DNA from: Thermodesulfobacteriota bacterium
Lineage (GTDB): Bacteria > Desulfobacterota_D > UBA1144 > Nemesobacterales > CSP1-2
DNA: 64,000 nucleotides
NCBI GenBank assembly: GCA_035559815.1
Contig: DATMAT010000057.1
Location: 6,359 to 70,358 of the forward strand
Reading direction: 5' to 3'
Below, one piece after another: positions 9,668-19,804 of this stretch. A program made the position numbers and the translations under genes. The notes under the pieces were generated by a model that saw only the letters and a program-made list of their open reading frames with translations, searched no databases and had not been told where the DNA came from. Position 1 is the stretch's first letter. Each line of letters opens with the position of its first letter.

Positions 9668-11491
9668 GTGATGAGAGCATTCAAAAGAATTAACAGATTA
9701 ATTCAAGGCGGCTCTTCTTTTCTAGTTATGATTTTTTTCTCTGTGTTGCTCTTCTTTTATCAATTCCAATCTGAACCCCCAGCCTCCAGGGCGGACACGA
9801 TAATAAAAAACGGTAAAATTGCTACGCTTAACCAAGATAATCAATTCGTTTCTGCCGTTGCCATCAAAGGGGACGAATTCATTGCAATCGGAAGTGACCA
9901 GGAAATCCTGAACTATAAAGGTCCCGATACCAAGGTGATTGATGTAAAAGGGAAGACCGTTATTCCGGGGTTAAACGACTCCCACTCCCATTTAATAAGA
10001 GGGGGTCTAAATTACAACCTGGAACTGAGATGGGATGGAGTAAGGTCTTTGAATAAAGCGCTTGAGATGCTTAGAGAGCAAGCCAAACGGACTCCAGAAG
10101 GACAATGGGTTCGTGTTGTAGGCGGGTGGTCTGAGTATCAATTTAAGGAAAAGAGATTGCCAACACTTGAAGAGATAAACGAAGCTGCGCCCGACACACC
10201 GGTATTTGTGATGTATTTATATTCTTTAGGGTTTTTGAATAAAGCAGCTATTGAGGCGCTGGGTTATACAAAAGACACAAAATACCCCGGAGGAGAGATT
10301 CAACTGGATAAAAATGGAAACCCTACAGGGCTTCTCATAGCCAAGCCAAGCGCGCTGATTCTTTATTCAACGCTTCTCAAGGGGCCAAACCTCTCTACGG
10401 AAGACCAGCTTAATTCAACCCTTCATTTCTTTCGTGAGCTCAACCGGTTTGGTTTAACCAGTTCTATAGACGCAGGCGGCGGCGGTCAGAATTTCCCCAA
10501 TGACTACCAGGTTGCCAAAAGGCTAGCTCAGGAAGGTAAGTTGACAATTCGTATTTCCTACTATCTCTTTGCCCAAGAGAAAGGAAGGGAGCTTGAGAAC
10601 TACGAAGAATGGATAAAGATAGTTAAACCCGGTCATAATGGCGATATGTTTCGCCCAAACGGATATGTAATGGAAGGAGCCGGAGAAAACCTGACCTGGT
10701 CAGCGGCCGATTTTGAGAATTTCCTGGAACCTAGACCAACGCTCTCGGAAAACATGGAAGGGGAGCTTAAAGCAATAGTTCAGCTACTGGTAAAAAACCG
10801 CTGGCCCTTCAGAATCCATGCCACTTACGACGAATCCATCGAACGTTTTTTAAACGTATTTGAGGAGGTAAATAAGGAGACACCGTTTAACGGTTTAAGA
10901 TGGACTATCGACCATGCCGAAACCATTTCTGAAAGGAATCTAAATAGGGTCAAGGCCCTCGGCGGAGGTATAGCAGTTCAGAATCGTATGATGTTTCAAG
11001 GGGAACATTTTGTGGAAAGGTACGGTGCTAAGGCCGGAGAGAATGCTCCACCAATTAAGAAGATGTTAGACATGGGAATTCCGGTAGGACTGGGTACGGA
11101 CTGTACCAGAGTTTCAAGCTATAATCCCTGGCTGGCATTATACTGGATTACATCTGGCAAGACCTGGGGGGGAACGGTTATTTACCCGGAGGAAAACCGC
11201 CTCAGCCGGGTCGAAGCATTAAGACTAATGACTGAGGGCAGCGCGTGGTTTTCCGGCGAAGAAGGTGTAAAGGGAACGATTGAAGTTGGGAAATATGCCG
11301 ATTTGGCGGTTCTCTCGGCGGATTATTTCTCCGTTCCCGAGGAGGAAATAAAAAATATTGAATCGGTATTGACTATCGTAGGGGGAAAGCTAGTCTATGC
11401 GAAAGACGAGTTCAAAGACCTGGCTCCGTGGAATCTGCCTGTGAGTCCGGCTTGGTCCCCGGTTGCCGAATTTGGCAGTTATGTAAATTAG
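9668..11491 (+). CDS. Amidohydrolase (Amidohydro_3 / YtcJ-like metal-dependent hydrolase)
   Basis: 607 aa. N-terminal TM segment, PGLNDSHSHL metal-binding motif, and C-terminal GKYADLAVLS typical of the family. Confidence 0.8.
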   Translation: MMRAFKRINRLIQGGSSFLVMIFFSVLLFFYQFQSEPPASRADTIIKNGKIATLNQDNQFVSAVAIKGDEFIAIGSDQEILNYKGPDTKVIDVKGKTVIPGLNDSHSHLIRGGLNYNLELRWDGVRSLNKALEMLREQAKRTPEGQWVRVVGGWSEYQFKEKRLPTLEEINEAAPDTPVFVMYLYSLGFLNKAAIEALGYTKDTKYPGGEIQLDKNGNPTGLLIAKPSALILYSTLLKGPNLSTEDQLNSTLHFFRELNRFGLTSSIDAGGGGQNFPNDYQVAKRLAQEGKLTIRISYYLFAQEKGRELENYEEWIKIVKPGHNGDMFRPNGYVMEGAGENLTWSAADFENFLEPRPTLSENMEGELKAIVQLLVKNRWPFRIHATYDESIERFLNVFEEVNKETPFNGLRWTIDHAETISERNLNRVKALGGGIAVQNRMMFQGEHFVERYGAKAGENAPPIKKMLDMGIPVGLGTDCTRVSSYNPWLALYWITSGKTWGGTVIYPEENRLSRVEALRLMTEGSAWFSGEEGVKGTIEVGKYADLAVLSADYFSVPEEEIKNIESVLTIVGGKLVYAKDEFKDLAPWNLPVSPAWSPVAEFGSYVN

Positions 11492-11669
11492 AAAATACGT
11501 CACGTCCAGCCGTTCTTTCGATAAAAAAGGTGCAAGTTTTAGACATAAATATTGCAGAATCGTTGCGACCACCAGGGCACGTAGAAGTAGAAAATGTCAT
11601 TTGGAATATCTTGGAGTGAATTGATTTTGTATAATACAGGAACAACTTTTATAGGAACCAGCTAGTTAT

Positions 11670-12929
11670 ATGCTCGATCACGACAAAAAGTTATCAGCTA
11701 ACTCCGATTTATTATCACTTTTCATCAGAGCGCCTAACTTGACAATTATAGTCTCGATTCTTTGCTTAATTTTAAGCCTCACCAGTTGCATTTCCCCGGT
11801 GATTTTAGACCAAGCGGTCTTACAATACGACGAGGCAGTTAACCAGACGCAATCTAAAATGCTTCTTCTAAATATTGCACGAGCGAGGCATTATCTCCCC
11901 ACCCATTTTACCTCTGTCTCAAACATCGCCGCCACTTACAACTTCGAGGTAAATGCCGGTATAACCGGAGGAGTAATCGAAGAGGGAGACACTCTCTTTG
12001 GCGTTTTAGGAGGAAGTGCGGCGGAAAATCCGACGATTAGCATAATTCCGTTCCAGGGGGAAGAATTCACCAAACGTCTTCTTACCCCGACAGACGAGAC
12101 AAAGTTTGAGTTTCTTTTCCATCGGGAAGCTGATATGGGGATCCTTTTAAGACTTATGGCAACTGCAATCTTTTTTGAAGAAGACGGTAAACGAGTTATT
12201 TACCGAAACGACCCAAGATACCCGGGAGAATACACAGAGTTTCGTCGCCGTGTCTTACACCTCTCATACCTCGACGAATCTCAAAAACTGGACGTCGGAG
12301 CCATTCAATATGAAGAAGAATGGCCGATACCAAAGGGTCAGCCGCCGAGTTCACAAGATTTAATAAATGCCCTGGAAAGTGGGTTTAGTTGGGAAATAGA
12401 TGAGGAAGGAAAGGCGTATATTTTGAGCAAAAAGTTAACGGGCCGAATGCTCATTGCCAATTATGACCCGGATCAACTGTCTAACAAAGAGCGACGCAAA
12501 CTACAAGATAGGGCTCAGCAGTTTCCCAGATATTTTATCCTGGTTGACATACGCCCCGGTTATCCCGGAGGGGATTACCCCTTTCAAGGATGGATCAAGC
12601 TTCGAAATTTCAACGGCATAATAGAATTTATCGCTCGGGGTATAGCAGATAGTCCAGAATTTGATGTAGTAAAGGACGCACGCACAGGCCCCGTGCTGAG
12701 AAACCCTGCTAAGACACTGGATATCAAGGAGACGAATAGAGAGCCCTTGGATGCAGCCTTGACGGTCGGGTTCAGAGGGAAAGTGTATTCGATAGCAAAT
12801 AAGCCGGATGAAGAGGGAATCTTCGGTAAATGGGACCGAGAGGCATTTGAGGTACTTTACCAACTATTTCAGATGACGGTGACAGATTTAACCCGAGTTC
12901 CCGTTCCGCCAATAACCATATCGAAGTAA
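11670..12929 (+). CDS. Hypothetical lipoprotein
   Basis: 419 aa. Hydrophobic N-terminus with LSLTSC lipobox. I recognise no domain. Confidence 0.4.
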   Translation: MLDHDKKLSANSDLLSLFIRAPNLTIIVSILCLILSLTSCISPVILDQAVLQYDEAVNQTQSKMLLLNIARARHYLPTHFTSVSNIAATYNFEVNAGITGGVIEEGDTLFGVLGGSAAENPTISIIPFQGEEFTKRLLTPTDETKFEFLFHREADMGILLRLMATAIFFEEDGKRVIYRNDPRYPGEYTEFRRRVLHLSYLDESQKLDVGAIQYEEEWPIPKGQPPSSQDLINALESGFSWEIDEEGKAYILSKKLTGRMLIANYDPDQLSNKERRKLQDRAQQFPRYFILVDIRPGYPGGDYPFQGWIKLRNFNGIIEFIARGIADSPEFDVVKDARTGPVLRNPAKTLDIKETNREPLDAALTVGFRGKVYSIANKPDEEGIFGKWDREAFEVLYQLFQMTVTDLTRVPVPPITISK

Positions 12930-12996
12930 TTTAAACCATTCTTTATGGTATCCTCATTTGACTGCTGACGGCAGCTACCTTACGAAATCACAAAGC

Positions 12997-14619
12997 ATGA
13001 ACGAGCAGCGTAAAGAGAATTCAGCCTGGACCCCTCTCAAAGAACCTATTTTTCGAGCACTGTGGATCGCCACGGTTGCATCAAACATCGGTACTTGGAT
13101 GCAGGATGTGGGGGCAGCATGGCTTATGACTTCGCTAGCGCCGTCACCCCTAATGGTCGCATTGGTCGAGGTAGCCACAACCCTGCCCATGTTTATGCTC
13201 GCCCTTCCTGCTGGAGCTCTGGCGGACATAGTCGACCGACGCCGTCTTCTACTCATTACCCAGGGATGGATGTTAGTAGTAGCCGCCGGACTCGGCATAT
13301 TGACTCTATTCGGCATTACTACCCCGTGGCTTCTATTAGCCTTCACTTTCTTACTGGGTTTGGGCGCAGCCATGAATGCACCCGCCTGGCAGGCCATAGT
13401 ACCGGAGCTGGTAACGATTAAAGAAATACCGGCCGCGGTTGCTCTTAACAGCGTCGGGTTCAATATTTCTCGCGCTGTCGGGCCCGCTCTGGGAGGGCTC
13501 ATTGTCGCCGCTGCCGGAGCCTACGCAGCGTTTATCTTGAACGCTGTCACGTTTCTGGGAGTTATAGTTGTTCTTTATCGCTGGCGCCGTAAGCCTAGTG
13601 ATAGCGCATTGCCCTCCGAACGTTTATTCGGGGCAATGCGGGCCGGGCTTCGTTATGTACGCCAATCAGAGGCCCTTCGCTCGGTCCTGGTTAGGAGTGG
13701 AGTTTTTATAATCTTCGCCAGTGCCATGTGGGCGCTCATGCCCCTTGTTGCCAGAATAGAACTGGGACGCGGCCCAGCCGGATATGGAATGCTTCTTACC
13801 TCCTTTGGAGTGGGTGCGGTGCTTGGGGCAACCGTCTTGCCCGCTTTTAGAAGAAGAATTTCGATAGATACGGTTGTTGCTGGTGCGACGATCCTGTTCG
13901 CCCTGGTGCTCCTTTCGTTTGCCTACCTCCGTATTTTTAGTCTCTTGTGCGCTGTTACATTAGTCGGGGGAGCCATGTGGCTGACGCTTCTATCCAGCTT
14001 CAACACTGCGGTGCAGGCGTCCGTTCCCTCTTGGGTTAGGGCCAGGGCCTTGTCCGTATACCTCCTTGTTTTCTTTGGGGGTTTTGCCGGGGCGAGTACA
14101 GTCTGGGGCATTACGGCAACGCATCTGGGGATTTCGAACACATTCGTAATTTCCTCTATAGGGCTCGCCCTTGGACTTGCCCTCACTCGCCGCTACCGTC
14201 TGATAAAATTCGAGGGGCTAGACCTTTCTCCTACAAAGCGCTGGCCTGCGCCGACAATGGTTCATAAAGTGGAACCAGACCATGGACCGGTGCTTGTAAC
14301 GATTGATTATCGAATCGACCCGGCAAGGTCTCGTGATTTTGCAAGAGTAATGAAGGCGGTGAGCGCAATACGTCTGAGAGACGGCGCTATTCGCTGGAAT
14401 CTATTCAAGGACACGGAAGACCCGGGGCGGTACTTGGAAACCTTCATCGTCGAATCTTGGATTGAACACCTGAGACAGCACGAGCGCGTAACCATTTCGG
14501 ACCACGAAATTTTAGACCAAGCGCTTGCCTATCACACCGGTAATAAACCCCCGGTTGTCTCACATTTCATCGCAGAGCCGTTAACCAAATATTTAGAGGA
14601 GGAATCATCTGATGAGTAA
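12997..14619 (+). CDS. MFS transporter with a ~130-aa soluble C-terminal extension
   Basis: About 12 TM helices of MFS_3/EntS-like character, then a soluble tail (VLVTIDYRIDPARSRDFARVMKAV...ESWIEHLRQHER). The ORF track starts at TTG 12958, and ATG 12997 is the alternative used here. Confidence 0.75.
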   Translation: MNEQRKENSAWTPLKEPIFRALWIATVASNIGTWMQDVGAAWLMTSLAPSPLMVALVEVATTLPMFMLALPAGALADIVDRRRLLLITQGWMLVVAAGLGILTLFGITTPWLLLAFTFLLGLGAAMNAPAWQAIVPELVTIKEIPAAVALNSVGFNISRAVGPALGGLIVAAAGAYAAFILNAVTFLGVIVVLYRWRRKPSDSALPSERLFGAMRAGLRYVRQSEALRSVLVRSGVFIIFASAMWALMPLVARIELGRGPAGYGMLLTSFGVGAVLGATVLPAFRRRISIDTVVAGATILFALVLLSFAYLRIFSLLCAVTLVGGAMWLTLLSSFNTAVQASVPSWVRARALSVYLLVFFGGFAGASTVWGITATHLGISNTFVISSIGLALGLALTRRYRLIKFEGLDLSPTKRWPAPTMVHKVEPDHGPVLVTIDYRIDPARSRDFARVMKAVSAIRLRDGAIRWNLFKDTEDPGRYLETFIVESWIEHLRQHERVTISDHEILDQALAYHTGNKPPVVSHFIAEPLTKYLEEESSDE

Positions 14620-15559
14620 AGAAATTCTGGGAATACATCATGTCACCGCAATAGCCGGCGAGCCGCAGGAGAACGTGGATTTCTATGCCGGAATACTGGG
14701 CTTACGCCTGGTCAAACAGACCGTTAATTACGACGACCCCGGCACATACCACCTTTATTACGGAGACGAGCTTGGCCATCCCGGCACGATTATGACTTTT
14801 TTCCCTTGGCCGGGAGCACGCAGGGGACAACGAGGCACCGGGCAGGTAACGGTTACGTCATTCTCAGTACCGGAGGGGTCTTTCAGCTACTGGACAGAAA
14901 GATTCAAACAAAACGACATAGCTTTTGAAGACCCGGTCCGCCGTTTCGATGAGGAAGTGCTCACCTTCCTTGACCCGGATGGGTTAGTTCTTGAGCTGGT
15001 ATCTCATGCCCGTGCGGATGAGCGTAGCCCATGGAAAGATGGCCCTATTCCCCAAGAACACGCTATAAGGGGATTCTACGGCGTGACTATCACGGTTGAA
15101 GGGTACGAGCGCACTGCATCATTATTAACTCAAGTACTTGGCTTCCGTTATCTCAATGATACCAGCAACAGGTTTAGATATGAAGCGGGGCCGGGGGGTT
15201 CCGGCACTCTCATCGACGTCCTCTGTCTTCCCTACGGAACTATGGGTAGAATAGCCGTTGGCACCGTTCACCACGTTGCCTGGCGAGTGGCCAAACATGA
15301 AGAGCAAAAAGCCCTGAGGGAAGAGATTGCCGGGCTAGGGTTTAACGTTACTCCGGTTATTAACCGCAATTATTTTCACTCGATTTACTTTCGAGAGCCC
15401 GGGGGCGTTCTATTTGAGATTGCCACCGACCCACCCGGATTCACTGTAGATGAATCACCGGAGCAACTGGGAACAAAACTACAGCTTCCGCCCTGGCTTG
15501 AACCAAATCGGGCGAAGATTGAGCAGATTCTTCCTCCATTGCGTTTGCCGAAGCTATGA
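14612..15559 (+). CDS. VOC-family ring-cleaving dioxygenase (MhqO/MhqA-like)
   Basis: 315 aa. GIHHVTAIAGEPQENVDFYAGILGLRLVKQTVNYDDPGTYHLYYGD is the hallmark N-terminus of this glyoxalase/dioxygenase family. Overlaps the MFS stop by 8 nt. Confidence 0.8.
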   Translation: MSKEILGIHHVTAIAGEPQENVDFYAGILGLRLVKQTVNYDDPGTYHLYYGDELGHPGTIMTFFPWPGARRGQRGTGQVTVTSFSVPEGSFSYWTERFKQNDIAFEDPVRRFDEEVLTFLDPDGLVLELVSHARADERSPWKDGPIPQEHAIRGFYGVTITVEGYERTASLLTQVLGFRYLNDTSNRFRYEAGPGGSGTLIDVLCLPYGTMGRIAVGTVHHVAWRVAKHEEQKALREEIAGLGFNVTPVINRNYFHSIYFREPGGVLFEIATDPPGFTVDESPEQLGTKLQLPPWLEPNRAKIEQILPPLRLPKL

Positions 15560-15604
15560 GGAAGAGTGATATTATAACTTCAACCTCTGATGAGGAAATA
15601 TGGC

Positions 15605-15900
15605 TGTCATCATTCCGAACCCTTCGATTCCTCAGGGTAAACTATGTGAGGAATCTTATTCGGTTTAGGGAATTTTCCCTTTCTTGTCATTCCCACGAAT
15701 CTTGTCCTCGCGGAAGCGGGGAGTGGGAATCCAGTCTTTAATTATGGATCCCGGATAAAGCTTGTCCCCGCATGTATTTAGCGGGGAACATTCGGGGATG
15801 ACAGAAAGGGTGGACACCCGATTGACCCCCGGTTTAACCGGGAAGACGGGAATGACAACACAAGGTGCCCGATTGATCCTTCAGTCTACTGGAATGGAGA
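15605..15900. repeat. Cluster of MITE-like repeats bounded by GTCATTCCC.../...GGRATGAC inverted ends
   Basis: 15686-15802 is GTCATTCCCACG...GGGAATCCAG...ATGGATCCC...ACATTCGGGGATGAC. 15817-15856 is CCCGATTGACCCCCGGTTTAACCGGGAAGACGGGAATGAC. Related copies lie at 41497, 43812 and 45647. Confidence 0.65.
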
Positions 15901-15926
15901 CAAGGTGCAGAATTGGCACGACGTGA

Positions 15927-16565
15927 GTGAGTAAAATGACTATTAAAGACCTCGGATTTATTCATTCCTTTGTCCCGGCGGAAAACCCGGAATCGTCTAC
16001 AACCTTACTCCTACTTCACGGAACGGGAGGAAACGAGGAGAGCTTGCTTTCACTCGGAAATACGCTGTCTCCGGGATCAGCATTACTCAGTCCGAGAGGC
16101 AAGGTGCTCGAAAATGGAATGCCTCGGTTCTTCAGGCGTTTTGCCGAAGGGGTTTTTGACCTCGAAGACCTGGTCTTCCGTACTCACGAACTGGCCGAGT
16201 TTATCGAGGCTTCATCCGTCGTTTACGATTTCGACCTGAGTAGGCTCGTAGCGGTTGGATATTCGAATGGAGCCAATATTGCCGTCAGCATTTTATTGCT
16301 GCATCCGAAACTCCTAGCCGGGGCAGTCTTGTTTCGCCCCATGGTGCCCTTCATGCCCCGGATAATGCCCGACCTCGCTAGAATCCCTGTCCTCATATCC
16401 GCCGGAATACATGATCCCATTGTTAGCGAAGAAGAGTCGGAAAGATTGTCCGAGCTACTTCAGAACGCCGGGGCGAATGTCACATTTCTTTGGCAAAAAA
16501 GGGGACACGATCTGGGATCCGACGAAATTAAATATGCTAAAGAATGGCTGTCCAAGCTGTGGTGA
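15927..16565 (+). CDS. Phospholipase/carboxylesterase-family alpha/beta hydrolase (MhqD-like)
   Basis: 212 aa. LLLLHGTGGNEESL and nucleophile elbow GYSNG. Confidence 0.8.
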   Translation: MSKMTIKDLGFIHSFVPAENPESSTTLLLLHGTGGNEESLLSLGNTLSPGSALLSPRGKVLENGMPRFFRRFAEGVFDLEDLVFRTHELAEFIEASSVVYDFDLSRLVAVGYSNGANIAVSILLLHPKLLAGAVLFRPMVPFMPRIMPDLARIPVLISAGIHDPIVSEEESERLSELLQNAGANVTFLWQKRGHDLGSDEIKYAKEWLSKLW

Positions 16566-16597
16566 ATTCATATCCCTGCCCTAGATTGTTCCTTATG

Positions 16598-16623
16598 TAG
16601 AGACGCAACATTTTGCGTCTCTA
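16598..16623. repeat. 11-bp-stem palindromic hairpin (TAGAGACGCAA-catt-TTGCGTCTCTA)
   Basis: Read directly. Lies 33 nt after the esterase stop with no U-tract. Same GTAG...CTAC style as the palindromes at 22129, 41451 and 53393. Confidence 0.5.
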
Positions 16624-16733
16624 TAGTACTAGAAGGTCTGAATTCGATTGTTTGCCTAAGTTAAATTTTCTAAGATATTATTTATCGATATAGAAAAGCA
16701 AAATTGTTCATAATAAGAGATTGATTGTCAGAG

Positions 16734-16866
16734 TTGGCCTGATGGTAATCAAAGGACTTCAATGACGTATAAATAAGAAGCAACCCCTCTTTAATTTTCC
16801 CCTTACCGAGGGGGGAAACACAAGGGGGGATAGAAAAACTATTTGAACTAACAGGGTTAGGACAGC
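16734..16866. repeat. ~130-bp hairpin-containing repeat element, compact copy
   Basis: TTGGCCTGATGGTAATCAAAGGACTTCAATGACG...CAACCCCTCTTTAATTTTCCCC-ttaccgag-GGGGGAAACACAAGGGGGG...TATTTGAACTAACAGGGTTAGGAC. The two halves recur at 30952-31017 and 31285-31335. Confidence 0.55.
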
Positions 16867-16979
16867 GTTTGCATAGCAAACAAAAAAGAGGGTAACCTGA
16901 TTTTAAAAAGATGCTGTTATTATCTAAAGGCCTTGTTTTACGAGTATGAATCGTTAGTTTCTAATTATTTTGGAAAGCA

Positions 16980-17711
16980 GTGATGGAAGAGGAAATTCAA
17001 AAGGCAAAAGAAATACTTAGAAACGCACGTGGGATTACCGTCCTCACCGGTGCGGGTATTTCCGCGGAAAGCGGTATTCCCACCTTTCGCGGAGAAGACG
17101 GCCTCTGGAAGAAATATAACCCTGTAGATGTGGATACCGCCGACGGCTTTAGACGGAATCCCCAGTATGTGTGGGAATGGTATAACGGCTTAAGGGAACT
17201 CATATCCACGAAAAAGCCAAATCCAGCCCATCATGCCCTTTTCAAACTGGAAAAGATAAAACCCTATTTTAGCATCATAACCCAGAACGTGGACGACCTT
17301 CATCGGGTCTCCGGAAACAAGAATATAATCGAATTACACGGCAACATCTTTCGGACCAGATGTGTTGAATGTTTACATGAAGAAGAAAACCGGGAGGTTC
17401 CGTTAGCCGAGATACCTCCACGCTGTAAAAAGTGCGGAGGACTACTAAGGCCTGCCGTTGTGTGGTTCGAGGATTACATTCCACTACCAATAATAGACTC
17501 ATGTCTTTTATCGATCGAGAATTCCGACGTAATGCTTATTATTGGGACTTCCGGATTGGTAGAACCTGCTGCTTCGATGGGCCTCGTAGCTAAGCATATC
17601 GGAAAGACGGTAATCGAGGTAAACCTGGAGGAGTCCACCCATTCTCAGAAGTACGACCTGGTTCTTTTGGGAAAAGCGGGAGAGATCTTACCAAGAATTA
17701 TCCCTGACTGA
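16980..17711 (+). CDS. cobB: NAD-dependent protein deacylase (Sir2 family)
   Basis: 243 aa. GAGISAESGIPTFRG, QNVDDLH, and a zinc ribbon CVEC...CKKCGG. Confidence 0.85.
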   Translation: MMEEEIQKAKEILRNARGITVLTGAGISAESGIPTFRGEDGLWKKYNPVDVDTADGFRRNPQYVWEWYNGLRELISTKKPNPAHHALFKLEKIKPYFSIITQNVDDLHRVSGNKNIIELHGNIFRTRCVECLHEEENREVPLAEIPPRCKKCGGLLRPAVVWFEDYIPLPIIDSCLLSIENSDVMLIIGTSGLVEPAASMGLVAKHIGKTVIEVNLEESTHSQKYDLVLLGKAGEILPRIIPD

Positions 17712-17739
17712 ATAGGTTTATTATCTCTTTTTACCAACG

Positions 17740-18340
17740 GATATAAATCCGCTCATACTGAGCTTGTCGAAGTATGAATTTAACACATAAGGTGTTCGTC
17801 CTTCGATAGTTCGACAAGCCCACTACTCAGGACGAACGGATTGGTTGCTTTTGTCCTCTATCCTATTCTTTCTTCATGGTGAGCCCTTGGACTTCGCTTA
17901 GAGCTTGTCCTGAGTAAAACAAAGGAATAAACTCATGCGAAGGAGCTTACTAGGAATCTGACAGAAGTGTCATTTCGGATGAACATGAGGAATCTTAAAC
18001 AATTTCATTACTAAGATTCCTCCCTTCGGCTGGAATGACAACCGGGTCTGATTACCTCTTAAAAGAATTTATCCCTGCCTGCCTTCCTTCCATGTCATTG
18101 CGAACGTTCCAGTTCCCTGACTTCCTCCCTCTTGATCGCTACCCCCAGATCCCAGCGAAGCAATCTCGCTTTTTTCAAGGGATTGCTTCGTCGTGGAATT
18201 TATCCTGAGCCTGCCGAAGGACTCCCTCGCAATGACACCCAAAAGCATTCCAAGTCTCCACTCTCACCACTTGCGATTACCTACCGTCCCTGTCATTGCG
18301 AGCCGCCGTCTTTTGGCGGCGTGGCAATCTCTTATTTTGA
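17740..18340. repeat. 600-bp non-coding tract packed with MITE-like inverted-repeat elements
   Basis: Example at 17969-18039: GTCATTTCGGATGAACATGAGGAATCTTAA...TTACTAAGATTCCTC...GGAATGAC. GTCATTGCGA/TCGCAATGAC pairs lie at about 18093, 18226 and 18291. Relatives occur at 30.4-31.3 kb. Confidence 0.55.
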
Positions 18341-18439
18341 ACAAGTTTGATTTGCTAGAAAATTTAACCCCCGTCCTTGCCCACCGAACCTAAGCGTAAG
18401 ACATCAGTAATATCCTCTCAATTTAATCATCCTTATTGC

Positions 18440-18465
18440 GGAAATTTTTTGAAACTTTTCGTCTA
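18440..18465 (+). promoter_or_regulatory. ECF-sigma-type promoter motif, copy a
   Basis: GGAAATTTTTTGAAACTTTTCGTCTAAG. GGAA, a 16-nt spacer, then CGTCTA. Ends 37 nt upstream of the GGDEF gene ATG. Confidence 0.5.
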
Positions 18466-18502
18466 AGACTGGCTAAAGGATCAAAAAGGAGGGTGATGGG
18501 AG

Positions 18503-19555
18503 ATGAAGACTAAGGTGGTTTCTTCCGTTGTTAAGTCAGTCTCTGGCCCGGATACACAGCCATCTGTGCAGAGTAAAGAGCTGTCGACATACAATAACCC
18601 GGAGATTGAAGAGCTAAAGATAGTCAGAAATAAAGGGTCAGCGGCATACAAATTCCATACTTTAATATCATACATACCCCTGCCCAAGAGCTACCTCGGT
18701 AAAATCACCCTGCTTATATTTCTAGCCGGATATCTCCCCATCCTGGCTTTCGTACTTTATCTTTTAACTTCTCACCCGAACGACCCGGCTTCAAAGCTTC
18801 AGATTTTCGGCATCAGCCTCGCTTTTGCCCTTCTGGGGCTAGCCGTCACCGCTTACCCGCTGAAATTGCTGCTTTCATCGTTATTGGTAGTCTCTCGCGC
18901 CCTCGACCAGTACATAAACGATAAAAAGATTCCGACGTTGTCCACCAGCCAGATCGATGAACTGGAGAGATTAATGCTGGATATTGAATTTAAGATACTC
19001 GACCTCCAGGGGCACATCCGGTCACTCGAAAAAAGGTCTATGACGGACTATCTAACCGGAATCCAAAACCGGTACTCTGCAGAGAGGCAGCTTAAGGAAG
19101 ATATCGCCCGTGCTCAGAGAAGCGGAAAAGAAATCTCATTAATAATCCTGGATATCGACGAATTCAAGCTTATCAACGACCGTTACGGCCACGATGTGGG
19201 GGATATTTGTTTAAAGCATGTAGTCGAGATAATCCAGGGCGGCATACGCAAGGGAGACTGGCTGGGGAGATGGGGAGGAGATGAATTCGTATTATTACTC
19301 TTCGATTCTGATGAAAAATCCTCGAGAAAAATAGTGGAGCGCATTGGTGACGCGGTGAAGGAGCAACCGGCCTTGACACCCAAGGGCGAGATAAGCATGA
19401 GCCTGAGCGTGGGCATATGCCAGCACAATGGAAAAGACCAAGCGGAGGAGCTTTTCAAGAAGGCCGATTGTGCCCTTTTATTGGCGAAGCGATTAGGAAA
19501 GTCGCAAATAGTCTATTACTCCAATACCCTCCCTATCTCAGCTACACATACTTAG
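18503..19555 (+). CDS. Membrane diguanylate cyclase (GGDEF)
   Basis: 350 aa. Two TM helices, a coiled linker, the RWGGDEF active site, and an intact RKGD (RxxD) I-site 5 residues upstream of it. Confidence 0.85.
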   Translation: MKTKVVSSVVKSVSGPDTQPSVQSKELSTYNNPEIEELKIVRNKGSAAYKFHTLISYIPLPKSYLGKITLLIFLAGYLPILAFVLYLLTSHPNDPASKLQIFGISLAFALLGLAVTAYPLKLLLSSLLVVSRALDQYINDKKIPTLSTSQIDELERLMLDIEFKILDLQGHIRSLEKRSMTDYLTGIQNRYSAERQLKEDIARAQRSGKEISLIILDIDEFKLINDRYGHDVGDICLKHVVEIIQGGIRKGDWLGRWGGDEFVLLLFDSDEKSSRKIVERIGDAVKEQPALTPKGEISMSLSVGICQHNGKDQAEELFKKADCALLLAKRLGKSQIVYYSNTLPISATHT

Positions 19556-19804
19556 CTCCTAACGGTTATTATTAGCGACGCAAATGTTTACGAGAGGACT
19601 TTTCTTGAACCCTTCTTAATAATGTAATAAAATGAGCTATCGAAAAAGGATGGAGGTCGTGATATTCAGCCTAAATTATCGTCAGCCCTCCGCGGCTACG
19701 GACACCTGCCCGAACGTAATTTTCTTTACCGAAGGTTTTACCAGTTTAACCAATATCGAAGAACACCGTATTTCTGCTTTCCTCTAAAAACCTAGGAGAC
19801 AGAA

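Noticed and set aside
12975-14186. Antisense and out-of-frame ORFs within the MFS transporter gene (175 aa, 119 aa, 87 aa)
   Set aside because: They fall in a locally GC-rich membrane-protein gene that generates stop-free shadow frames. The forward frame shows a coherent 12-TM MFS pattern.
15556-15741. ORFs lying in repeat tracts (15556-15741, 16682-16879, 18132-18393, 30373-30642, 45776-46036, 53382-53576)
   Set aside because: They are translations of MITE-like or palindromic repeats. They lack ribosome-binding sites, and their similarity to each other is at DNA level in both orientations.
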